The notes under the pieces are model-generated. The model saw nothing but the letters and a program-made list of their open reading frames with translations. It made no database searches and was not told the DNA's origin. Of a stretch of DNA of 64,000 bases, positions 1 through 8,607 are shown in pieces. The stretch is from Candidatus Moraniibacteriota bacterium (GTDB lineage: Bacteria > Patescibacteriota > Minisyncoccia > Moranbacterales > DUUL01), in the NCBI GenBank assembly GCA_027008775.1, contig JALVDV010000004.1, forward strand, positions 24,544 through 88,543, given 5' to 3'. The number at the start of each line of letters is the position of its first letter. The first letter of the stretch is position 1. Made by a program: the position numbers and the translations under genes.

Positions 1-710
1 CTCCGATTTACATTCACGAATTTATGTATCCCTTGATGCAAGGCTATGACTCGGTGGCTCTGGATGTTGATGTGGAACTGTGCGGAACTGATCAAATATT
101 TAATGCTCTGGCGGGACGAACCCTTTTGCAAAAATTAAAAGGTAAGGAAAAATTTGTTATCGCCGCCAATTTGATTGCCGACGAAAAAACGGGACAACTG
201 ATGTCAAAATCAAACGGCACCGGCGTTTTCTTGGATTTAAAGCCGAAAGATTTGTTTGGGGCGATTATGGCTCAAACCGACGGAATGATCAGACCACTGG
301 CGCTTGGCTGTACCCGACTGAGCCTGGCTGAAATTAAAGAAATGGTTCAAATGGAAAATCCTCGGGACGCCAAATTAAAATTGGCCTTTGAAATTACCAA
401 AATTTTTCACGGAAAAGATGAGGCAAAAAAAGCGCAAGATTATTTTGTCAACACTTTTTCCAAAAAAGAAATTTCCGCCGAAAGTGTGGAAGAAATAAAG
501 GTGTCTGCCGGTGAACGCTTGATAGATGTTTTGGTTGAGAACAACCTGGCCGAAAGCAATGCCGACGCCAAACGAAAAATCAAACAGGGTGGGGTAAGTA
601 TTGACGGAGAAAAAATCATGGACATCCAAAAGGATGTTGATGAAACAATGGACGGAAAAATTTTAAAAGTTGGCAAGAAAAATTTCCGAAAATTAAAAGT
701 AATTCCCTAG
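1..710 (+). CDS. tyrS: tyrosyl-tRNA synthetase, C-terminal fragment (gene starts upstream of window)
   Basis: Frame is open from the window edge. KMSKS-type motif 'LMSKSNGTG'. The C-terminal S4-like RNA-binding domain ('[34 protein letters not shown]') is typical of bacterial TyrRS and not TrpRS. Confidence 0.8.
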   Translation, partial: PIYIHEFMYPLMQGYDSVALDVDVELCGTDQIFNALAGRTLLQKLKGKEKFVIAANLIADEKTGQLMSKSNGTGVFLDLKPKDLFGAIMAQTDGMIRPLALGCTRLSLAEIKEMVQMENPRDAKLKLAFEITKIFHGKDEAKKAQDYFVNTFSKKEISAESVEEIKVSAGERLIDVLVENNLAESNADAKRKIKQGGVSIDGEKIMDIQKDVDETMDGKILKVGKKNFRKLKVIP

Positions 711-824
711 CTCTCGTGGATCTATTTTTCAACCTTTTTGCCAAAGATATTTGTTGATAAAAATAACAGTCTAACAACAAACCGAACAAGTAAAAAACAA
801 AACAAATAAAACATCGCAAAAACT

Positions 825-2561
825 ATGTCAAACAAAACACCAAAATTTGACCAGGCTCTGAAAGAAATTTTAGACAAACTGGAACCGCATCAGAGAGAAT
901 GCAAAGAGTGTGGTCAGAAGTTTGATATCTTGTCAGAAGATATTAAATTCTATAAAAGACTACAAGTCCCGCCACCGACTTTGTGTCCTGATTGTAGAGA
1001 ACAAAAAAGAGCTGGTTATAGAATAAATTATTTACCTATTTTCTATAAAAAATCTTGTTCCGTTCCCGGACATACTGAAAAAATTGTTTCTTTCTATGCC
1101 GAAAACAATCCGGTTAAAGTTTATGATGATAAATACTATTTTTCCGATCAATGGGAAGCCACTGAATTTGGCATTGACTACGATCCGGAGAAAAGTTTTT
1201 TTGAAGAATACAATAAATTTGTCCTAAAAGTTCCTCATCAATCTTTATTCAAGGATCCGCAGTCAGTTAATTCTGATTACGTAGTGGCGGGAATTCAAGC
1301 CAAAGATTGTTATTATGTAGCCTCCCCAATATTTTCAGAGAAAATATATTATGGTTGGTACCCAGAAAACTGTAAAGAATCCATTAATATTTGCGAAATC
1401 AAAAAAAGCGAATTATGTTTTGATTGTGTTTACACAAATGCCAGCTACAACTGTATTCATTGCGTTAGTGTTGATAATTGTTTAAATTCAAGTTTTCTTT
1501 ACGATTGTCACAATTGTCAAAATTGTTTTATGTCTGTCAATTTGAGAAATAAATCCTATGTTTTTCGCAACCAACAGCTAAGTAAAGAAGAATACCAAGA
1601 AAAAATGAAAGAAATTGAAATGGGAAAGAAAAGTGTTTATAAAAAATTACAAAAGGAATTTAATCAGTTGATTGAAGAAAAAGCAATTAAGAAGAATTTG
1701 GATAATGCCAAGACGGAAAATGTTTTTGGAGATAAATTAATTGAATGCAAAGATTGTTTTAAATCTTTTTCTCTTGTTAAATCAGAAAATATCAGGTATG
1801 GATTCGTAGCCAAAGAAATTAAAGATTGTATGGATTTTTGGGGAGGAACAAAAAATAGTCTGTTATATGAATCATCAGGAGTGGCCGATTCCAGTCAAGT
1901 AAAATTTTCTTTGATGATGAGAACTTGTTCAGAAGTAGAATATTCTTTTGAGTGTAGTAATTGCGAAAATTGTTTCGCCTGTTTTGGCTTAAAAAACAAA
2001 AAATATCATATCTTTAACAAACCCTATTCTAAAGAAGAGTATTACCAAAAAATAGATGAATTAAAAACGAAAATGTTGAAAAGAGGAGAATATGGAGAAT
2101 TTTTCCCTTTAAAAAATAGCCCTTTTCCTTATCAAGACTCTAACGCTCAGATAGAATTTCCTTTAACCGAAGAAGAAATAAAAGCTAAGGGTTGGCATTG
2201 GCAAGATGAAGTTCCTTCAGAAATTGATTTAACTAAAATTAAAACCATCAAAGCGGAAGATGTTCCCGATGATATCAAGGATATTACCGATGAAATACTA
2301 AAGACCCCGGTTATCTGTGCAAGAACCAAAAAACCATTTAAAGTAACTCCCTTTGAATTAGACTTTTATAGAAAAATGAGTGTTCCCTTACCAACTATTC
2401 ATCCCTCAGAAAGAGTAAAAGATTTGTTTAAATATAAAAGAGGCTATCATCTTTATTCAACAACTTGTACTAAATGCGGGAAGGAAATTCAGACGGTTCA
2501 TAATCCGGAAAAAACTGAGAATATTTATTGCGAGGAGTGTTACGCTAAAGAAGTGGTTTAG
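825..2561 (+). CDS. cysteine-rich protein P1 (578 aa, ~40 Cys). N- and C-terminal tandem zinc-ribbon-like modules and a twice-repeated central Cys-ladder module. Family not recognised.
   Basis: Long ORF. N-terminal 'CKECGQKFDILSEDIKFYKRLQVPPPTLCPDCREQKR...YKKSCS'. C-terminal '...FELDFYRKMSVPLPTIHP...CTKCGKEI...YCEECY'. Central '...NCFMSVNLRNKSYVFRNQQLSKEEY' and '...NCFACFGLKNKKYHIFNKPYSKEEY'. Clear paralog of the 3978..5747 ORF. Confidence 0.75.
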   Translation: MSNKTPKFDQALKEILDKLEPHQRECKECGQKFDILSEDIKFYKRLQVPPPTLCPDCREQKRAGYRINYLPIFYKKSCSVPGHTEKIVSFYAENNPVKVYDDKYYFSDQWEATEFGIDYDPEKSFFEEYNKFVLKVPHQSLFKDPQSVNSDYVVAGIQAKDCYYVASPIFSEKIYYGWYPENCKESINICEIKKSELCFDCVYTNASYNCIHCVSVDNCLNSSFLYDCHNCQNCFMSVNLRNKSYVFRNQQLSKEEYQEKMKEIEMGKKSVYKKLQKEFNQLIEEKAIKKNLDNAKTENVFGDKLIECKDCFKSFSLVKSENIRYGFVAKEIKDCMDFWGGTKNSLLYESSGVADSSQVKFSLMMRTCSEVEYSFECSNCENCFACFGLKNKKYHIFNKPYSKEEYYQKIDELKTKMLKRGEYGEFFPLKNSPFPYQDSNAQIEFPLTEEEIKAKGWHWQDEVPSEIDLTKIKTIKAEDVPDDIKDITDEILKTPVICARTKKPFKVTPFELDFYRKMSVPLPTIHPSERVKDLFKYKRGYHLYSTTCTKCGKEIQTVHNPEKTENIYCEECYAKEVV

Positions 2562-2597
2562 AATAGCAAGAACTCAACTTCTATGGGATTGCAAGTT

Positions 2598-2630
2598 GTG
2601 CAATTTTGCAATTGTATTGCAAAATTGCAC
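2598..2630. promoter_or_regulatory. perfect inverted repeat GTGCAATTTTGCAAT-tgt-ATTGCAAAATTGCAC (15-bp arms, 3-nt loop)
   Basis: Read directly in the 123-bp gap between P1 and the ATPase gene. No U-tract follows, so it is an operator-like or RNA-hairpin element rather than a canonical intrinsic terminator. Confidence 0.6.
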
Positions 2631-2683
2631 AAAGTTTGATAGGATTAGTTTGGTTATATCAAAACAATTAAGCATAAAAGATT

Positions 2684-3859
2684 ATGCGGAAATTTTACAA
2701 AAGAGACATAGATGAAAGGGTTCATAGGGTCTTAAAAGGGTTTCCCGTTATTTTTATTACCGGGCCGAGACAATCCGGCAAGACTACTTATATTAAGCAT
2801 CGTTTTAAGAATTATGAATATTTTAATCTGGAATCTTTTTCTGATTTTGAGTACATCTCCAATGATCCCGAATATTTTTTAAAAGAACATCCTCATAATA
2901 TTATTATTGATGAAGTGCAGAGAATGCCTGAACTCTTATCTTATATCCAAGTTCATGTTGATAAAGAACAAAGAATGGGATCTATTATTTTGTCCGGTTC
3001 CCAAAATTTATTAATATCGGAAAAAGTTAATCAGTCTTTAGCTGGCAGAGTGGCTTACTTGACCCTTTTGCCTTTTAGTTTAAATGAACTTAAGAAGGGA
3101 AAGATAATAGAAAAAAGTTCTTGGAAACAAGCATTAAAAGGCTTTTATCCGGCTTTATATAGTCGTCAAATTCCCATTGATGAATTTTATAATTCTTATT
3201 TGACTAGCTTTGTAGAACGAGATGTGCGACTAATTAAAAATATTGGTGATTTAACGCGGTTTAAAAAGTTTATGATATTGTTAGCAGGCAGAGCCGGACA
3301 GATTATGAACATATCCTCTTTGGCTGATGATACTGGAATTTCTCCAAATACGGCCGAGTCATGGCTGAGTATTTTAGAAGCCAGTTATATTATTTTTCGC
3401 TTGGTTCCATATTTTAAGAATAGCAGTAAAAGATTAATTCGTTCACCCAAAATATTTTTTTACGATACGGGCTTACTTTGTTTTTTATTGGGAATTGATT
3501 CAATAAAAGAATTGGATTCTCATTTTGCGCGAGGAAATATTTTTGAAAATTTAATTATTGCCGATATTAAAAAAGATAAAGAAGTGTTTGATATCTCTTC
3601 TCAACTCTATTTTTATAGAGATTCTAAACACAAGGAAATTGATTTGGTGATTGATTTAGGTGGAGACTTTTTGTTAATGGAAATAAAATCGGCCAGTGAG
3701 TTTAGTCAATCATTTTTAAAAAATATTGTTGAAATACAGGAGCAAGAATTTAAAAAGGGGAGAAATATAATTGTCTATAATGGCCAGAGAAAATTGAAAT
3801 TAAAGAAAGCGGAGGTGGTGCCATGGGATAAACTAGATAACGCTATGTGGGTAAAATAG
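2684..3859 (+). CDS. AAA+ superfamily ATPase, COG1373-like (AAA_14 N-terminal domain plus DUF4143-like C-terminal domain)
   Basis: Walker A 'ITGPRQSGKTT', Walker B-like 'IIIDEVQ'. Overall architecture matches the standalone archaeal/bacterial COG1373 ATPases. Confidence 0.8.
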   Translation: MRKFYKRDIDERVHRVLKGFPVIFITGPRQSGKTTYIKHRFKNYEYFNLESFSDFEYISNDPEYFLKEHPHNIIIDEVQRMPELLSYIQVHVDKEQRMGSIILSGSQNLLISEKVNQSLAGRVAYLTLLPFSLNELKKGKIIEKSSWKQALKGFYPALYSRQIPIDEFYNSYLTSFVERDVRLIKNIGDLTRFKKFMILLAGRAGQIMNISSLADDTGISPNTAESWLSILEASYIIFRLVPYFKNSSKRLIRSPKIFFYDTGLLCFLLGIDSIKELDSHFARGNIFENLIIADIKKDKEVFDISSQLYFYRDSKHKEIDLVIDLGGDFLLMEIKSASEFSQSFLKNIVEIQEQEFKKGRNIIVYNGQRKLKLKKAEVVPWDKLDNAMWVK

Positions 3860-3977
3860 TTTTCCCAACCAATCGCCAAAAAATGGAAAAAGAATTACTC
3901 TTGGTTTGATCTGGTTTCCTAAAAGAAGTTGTTATGCTTTGAATGCAAAAAATTTTTTTTAAACAACCGACATCAAT

Positions 3978-5747
3978 TTGAAAATTATGGGTCAAGATCA
4001 AAAATTAGAATCCAAAAAACTAGAAAAAAGAGTTTGTCAAAATTGTCAGAAAGAATTTACTATTGAGCCGGAGAATTTTGAGTTTTATGAAAAAATTAAA
4101 GTTCCAGCTCCGACCTGGTGTCCGGAGTGTCGCGGGCAAAGACGTATGAACTTCAACAACGTTAGCAGTCTCTACAAAAGAAAATGTGATTCTTGCGGGG
4201 AAAATATTATCGCCGTTTACCCGGAAGAAGTTGAATTTCCGGTTTATTGTCCAAAATGTTGGTGGTCGGACAAATGGGACGCCTCCGATTATGCTCGGGA
4301 CTATGACCTTAACAAACCGTTTTTTGAACAATTACGAGAGCTAAAAAATGAAGTGCCCCGAGTATCTCTGGAAGTTGATTATCAAAGAAATATTAACAGT
4401 CCTTATGCCAATCTCTGTGGTCCTTTAAAAAATTGTTATCTGACTTTTTTAACAGACACTGCTGAAGATTGTGCCTACATTTTTTCCGGTGATAATCTGA
4501 AAGATTGTTTTGATTGCACCAACGTGGCTTCGGCTGAGAATAGTTATGGTTTGTTCTATTCTGCCAAAATGTATCACTCATTTTTTTCGCGAGAGTGTGA
4601 AAATTGTTTGAATGTCTATTTCTGCAAAAATTTGAAAAATTGCCAAAACTGTTTCGGCTGTGTCAATCTCCGCAATAAATCCTATTGCATCTTTAACAAG
4701 CAATATTCCAAGGAAGACTATCAGAAACAACTCCAAGAATTACTGACCGGCTCACATCAAGCCCAAGAAACCATTAAACAAAAAGTTGAGGAATTTTTTC
4801 TGCGCTTCCCCAATAAATACATCCACGGAGAAAGCAATTTAAACGTTAGCGGTGATTATATTTATCACTGCAAAAATACACATAATTCCTACGGCATCAT
4901 TGAGGGTGAAAATGTAAAGTATTGCAAAATGTTGGAAATGGGACCAACCAAAGATTGTTACGATTACGACAGTTGGGGACAGAAAGCGGAAAAAGTTTAT
5001 GAAGCGGTGCATTGCGGGGACGGAATTAACAATATCAAATTCAGCAATGGCGCTTGGCAGTCTTACAATGTTGAATACTCCGACAACCCTTTATTTTCTC
5101 ACGATATTTTTGGCTGCGTTTTTACCAACAAAAAATCCTACTGCATCCTCAACAAACAATACTCCAAAGGAGAATACTTCCCAATGGTGGAAAAGATCAA
5201 AAAACATATGAATGAAATGCCTTACATTGACAAACAAGACCGAGTCTATAAATACGGAGAATTCTTTCCACCGGAACTGTCTCCTTTCGCTTACAACGAA
5301 ACCATCGCTCAAGAATACTTCCCTTTAACCAAAGAAGAAGCAAAAAAGAAAGGTTACAGATGGAAGGAAAGAGAAAAAAGAAACTATAACATAACTCTCA
5401 AAACAGAAGATATCCCTGATAATATTAAAGACGTAGATAATTCTATTCTCAAAGAGGTTATAGAATGCGCTACCAATAGTGAAGAAGAGAAAGCTAAAAA
5501 TAACTGTAGCGAAGCTTTTAAAATAATTCCTCAAGAATTAGAATTCTACAAAAAAATGAATCTTCCTCTTCCCAGATACTGTCCCAACTGTAGACATCAT
5601 CAAAGACTAAAAAACAGAAATCCTTTAAAACTCTACAAAAGAACTTGCATGAAAGAAGGTTGCAACAATACCTTTGAAACCACCTATGCTCCTAATAGAC
5701 CGGAGATAGTTTACTGCGAGGAGTGTTATAATCGGGAGGTGAATTAG
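3978..5747 (+). CDS. cysteine-rich protein P2 (589 aa), paralog of P1 with the same tripartite architecture
   Basis: N-terminal 'CQNCQKEFTIEPENFEFYEKIKVPAPTWCPECRGQRR...YKRKCDSCGENI...YCPKCWW'. C-terminal '...ELEFYKKMNLPLPRYCPNCRHHQR...YKRTCMKEGC...YCEECY'. Central repeats 'GCVNLRNKSYCIFNKQYSKEDY' and 'GCVFTNKKSYCILNKQYSKGEY'. Confidence 0.75.
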   Translation: MKIMGQDQKLESKKLEKRVCQNCQKEFTIEPENFEFYEKIKVPAPTWCPECRGQRRMNFNNVSSLYKRKCDSCGENIIAVYPEEVEFPVYCPKCWWSDKWDASDYARDYDLNKPFFEQLRELKNEVPRVSLEVDYQRNINSPYANLCGPLKNCYLTFLTDTAEDCAYIFSGDNLKDCFDCTNVASAENSYGLFYSAKMYHSFFSRECENCLNVYFCKNLKNCQNCFGCVNLRNKSYCIFNKQYSKEDYQKQLQELLTGSHQAQETIKQKVEEFFLRFPNKYIHGESNLNVSGDYIYHCKNTHNSYGIIEGENVKYCKMLEMGPTKDCYDYDSWGQKAEKVYEAVHCGDGINNIKFSNGAWQSYNVEYSDNPLFSHDIFGCVFTNKKSYCILNKQYSKGEYFPMVEKIKKHMNEMPYIDKQDRVYKYGEFFPPELSPFAYNETIAQEYFPLTKEEAKKKGYRWKEREKRNYNITLKTEDIPDNIKDVDNSILKEVIECATNSEEEKAKNNCSEAFKIIPQELEFYKKMNLPLPRYCPNCRHHQRLKNRNPLKLYKRTCMKEGCNNTFETTYAPNRPEIVYCEECYNREVN

Positions 5748-5863
5748 AAGGGGCAGAAGAGTGGAATGAAAAAATAAAAAGCGCCAGAAGCGATTGTTTT
5801 GGGTATAGAAATTTTTGATTGGCAGAGAAGTTGATATTTTTAAAGTTTGTGTTTTGGATGATT

Positions 5864-7378
5864 CTATAGTCCGTGGTCTCTTTTGTATTTTTGCCATTGC
5901 TTGCCGGACCAATCTTTGGGTTTTTTAGTAAAAGTTGGCTGGCTATTGTGGTGATAACTGGCGGCGTTGTGATAGAAACTCCAAAAACCATTTTTCTCTA
6001 TGACATTACCATTTTTGTCTTTGATGATTTGCCACCAGACATATTTGCGACCGCCATCGGGTGTTCTTTTTATCAGGGTCGGTCCCTCCGTTTCCACTTG
6101 GCGACCATTGGAATCGCCGAAAATGTCAAAGGTAAGAATCGTTCCGGAGAAATGTGGTTGGATTAGGATATAACCGGGGGTGTTGTTGATGAATTGGAGG
6201 TCCGGCTTGGGAATGTAAACGGTGGCGTCAGTTCCTTGAGGAGAATAGTACTGAACCGGGTAGGCGTGGTTGCGACGCTCGGTTATTTTTAGTCCGCTGT
6301 TAACGGCGGCGCGAAAAAGAGTGGTGGAAACTTGGCAAACTCCACCGCCAAACTCAGGGATGGTTTGGTGGTTTTTGATAACCAACTCCGGTTTGTAGCC
6401 AGTTTTGGCATTTACTTCCCCCAAAATCTTGATAAAAGAAAAAGTTGCTTGTGGAGGCACCAGTACCCCGTTGAATCTTTCGGTGGCGACGTGGATATTG
6501 TGAATTCTGTTTTTGGGAGATCCGCGGAAGTTTGATTGTCCGCTACCTATTTTCTCTTTAATGCCCATTTGACGGTAGTTGTCGGCGGTGATAATCGGTT
6601 TGACTATTTTAGTGGGGAGTTCAACCAGGCCTTTGGTGGATAAGGTGTCCATATATTTTTTAAGGTTTGCCATAGTTTTTTCCAAGTCAATTTCATAACC
6701 CCATTCCTCTTTTTCTTTAACGATGATTTTGTTGTTTTCGTTGGCACCAAGTTTGGCGTTGCGTGGTTCCTTTTTGGTGGAATGTTGCAGCTCTTTGAGG
6801 TATTTTTCCGCTTCTTCCAGATTAATTTGGAAATTTCTTTTTTTATTGATTTGTAGTTTGTTTGATAAGTTATGAGTGAGTTGACAAATGTTCCAAGGTT
6901 GGTCGTTGATTTCATTTTCGGCAAAACAGAGGTTGATGTTTTCAACAGTTGGTGTGTTGGCAAAAGAGGTGCTTGGTTGAAAGACAACAATTGTTTTTTC
7001 TCGAGAGAAAGAGGTTGGCTCAATGGGAACAATACGATTATAAATTTTGACAAAATATTCTTTTTCCCGGCTAAATTTTTCCGCAGAATTTGTTTCCGGT
7101 TCCGTCTCTTCAATGACTTTTTCCTTTTCTTTTTCTTTATTTTTATTGCTTTTGGAAAGAGAAGAATTGTTGTGAACTTGTTGAGAGGGAGAAGAATTTA
7201 GAAGCAGACTGTTGGAAATATTTGCCATATTTTGTTGTTGGCCAGTTTGGTTGGTGGCAATGGTGTTATTTGTTTTGGTGGTAGCCAGACTTGTTAGAGG
7301 ACACAAAAAAAACACTCCAACCAGATTTAGGCTAAAGACAAGAAAATATCTGACGATTAAACAGCGATTATTATTCAT
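5864..7378 (-). CDS. VanW-family protein (signal/TM anchor, long low-complexity linker, C-terminal VanW domain)
   Basis: 'GYKPELVIKNHQTIPEFGGGVCQVSTTLFRAAVNSGLKITERRNHAYPVQYY' is the VanW hallmark. Hydrophobic N-terminus. Confidence 0.7.
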   Translation of the reverse strand: MNNNRCLIVRYFLVFSLNLVGVFFLCPLTSLATTKTNNTIATNQTGQQQNMANISNSLLLNSSPSQQVHNNSSLSKSNKNKEKEKEKVIEETEPETNSAEKFSREKEYFVKIYNRIVPIEPTSFSREKTIVVFQPSTSFANTPTVENINLCFAENEINDQPWNICQLTHNLSNKLQINKKRNFQINLEEAEKYLKELQHSTKKEPRNAKLGANENNKIIVKEKEEWGYEIDLEKTMANLKKYMDTLSTKGLVELPTKIVKPIITADNYRQMGIKEKIGSGQSNFRGSPKNRIHNIHVATERFNGVLVPPQATFSFIKILGEVNAKTGYKPELVIKNHQTIPEFGGGVCQVSTTLFRAAVNSGLKITERRNHAYPVQYYSPQGTDATVYIPKPDLQFINNTPGYILIQPHFSGTILTFDIFGDSNGRQVETEGPTLIKRTPDGGRKYVWWQIIKDKNGNVIEKNGFWSFYHNAASYHHNSQPTFTKKPKDWSGKQWQKYKRDHGL

Positions 7379-7398
7379 TGGCGTTTCGTTGTTGTCAG

Positions 7399-7435
7399 TT
7401 GCAAAAAGCTACCGTTGAAAGGTAGCTTTTTGCAA
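7399..7435 (-). terminator. hairpin TTGCAAAAAGCTACC-gttgaaa-GGTAGCTTTTTGCAA downstream of the Hsp20 gene; likely a terminator acting in both directions
   Basis: Perfect 15-bp stem with A/T tracts in both arms. Lies between the Hsp20 3' end and the VanW 5' end. Confidence 0.55.
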
Positions 7436-7452
7436 CCGCGTTGTGCAGTTTT

Positions 7453-8103
7453 TTAAAAGCCCCTTACCTGGATCTTTCTGGTTTTGGTGGTATCGGCCTT
7501 GGGCAGTCTAAGGGTGAGAATCCCGTTTTTCATAGTGGCTTCCGCTTTGTCAGCGACAATTTCCACCGGCAGAATGACACTGCGAGAAAAAGCTCCCCAA
7601 TAACACTCTTGATAGTAATAGTTATCAGCAGAAACTTCTTCATCTTGTTTTCTTTCCCCTTTGATGGTGACCATATCGTTGTTAATGCTGACATCAAGAT
7701 CTTCCGGTTTTACGCCGGCGATAGTTGATTTGATGATAATGTCATCATCTGTTTGGTAAACATCAATGGTAAGTTGTCCCTCGGATTCATCATTGCTGAC
7801 TTCGGTGGCAGTGGTATCAGTTGGGGTGGTGACATTATCTTCCGGTTCATTTGTGGAAGAGGGAAAGGTGTTTTTGTTTTCTGTTTGTTTTTCGTAGGTG
7901 GGCGCGCTATTGGGAACCTCATAAGTATCATCGTTGATTTCAAAAGAGGCCGGCGAAAAAGCTTCACTGTTTGGGTGCTGGGGCGCGGGCTTGTTCTCCC
8001 GATTGATGACAAATTCTTCTTCATTACCGGAATAATTTCCCTCTTCATCAACTCTTTTAATACCGGTTAATTTTTCAAAAAAAGATCTTTTTTGCTGTGC
8101 CAT
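7453..8103 (-). CDS. Hsp20/alpha-crystallin family small heat-shock protein with a ~110-aa disordered N-terminal extension
   Basis: C-terminal ACD-like 'LTIDVYQTDDDIIIKSTIAGVKPEDLDVSINNDMVTIKGERK...NGILTLRLPK'. Confidence 0.8.
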   Translation of the reverse strand: MAQQKRSFFEKLTGIKRVDEEGNYSGNEEEFVINRENKPAPQHPNSEAFSPASFEINDDTYEVPNSAPTYEKQTENKNTFPSSTNEPEDNVTTPTDTTATEVSNDESEGQLTIDVYQTDDDIIIKSTIAGVKPEDLDVSINNDMVTIKGERKQDEEVSADNYYYQECYWGAFSRSVILPVEIVADKAEATMKNGILTLRLPKADTTKTRKIQVRGF

Positions 8104-8127
8104 TTTTTTGTTAATATATTAGTTTTA

Positions 8128-8607
8128 TTAAAACTTGTTTATTTGGTAAGCAACCAGATTATAGCATAAGTGGACAAAAAAAGCCAATAGAAAAAAAAGT
8201 GCTGTTTGGCCGGAAAATCCTCTTAATCTTTGTTTTTTGAGACCCTGCCAAAGAAAAAAGGTGGAGAGAAAATGGATGGTCAGAAGGAATAACGTTTGTG
8301 GCAAAAAAAGAGAAAAGTTTGTAAATGAGAGATTGGCAAGCAAATATTCCAAAAAAACGAAGCCGAGAGTGAAAAACGCCAAGTTAATAAAAGTGTTTTT
8401 AGGATTTTCAGATTTTATTGAAAGATTGTCCTGCAGGAATTTAAGACTGATAAATTTATTGGTTTCCTCAGTCAGGGTACTCAAGAAAATAAGATTGCCG
8501 GGGGAAATATTTTTGAAAAAAAGGAGGATGATTAGGGAAACAAGGGCGCTAAAAAGACCGGCTAAAAAGAAGCCGAATTTGTTAACTGATTTTTTCCAAA
8601 TATTCAT
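8128..8607 (-). CDS. hypothetical integral membrane protein; overlaps the valS 3' end by 26 nt (co-transcribed)
   Basis: Four or five hydrophobic segments. Start codon lies inside the valS stop region. Confidence 0.5.
   Translation of the reverse strand: MNIWKKSVNKFGFFLAGLFSALVSLIILLFFKNISPGNLIFLSTLTEETNKFISLKFLQDNLSIKSENPKNTFINLAFFTLGFVFLEYLLANLSFTNFSLFLPQTLFLLTIHFLSTFFLWQGLKKQRLRGFSGQTALFFLLAFFVHLCYNLVAYQINKF

Noticed and set aside
375-819. Three minus-strand ORFs (84, 78, 67 aa) inside tyrS
   Set aside because: Antisense to a conserved aaRS gene; low-complexity translations; no signals.
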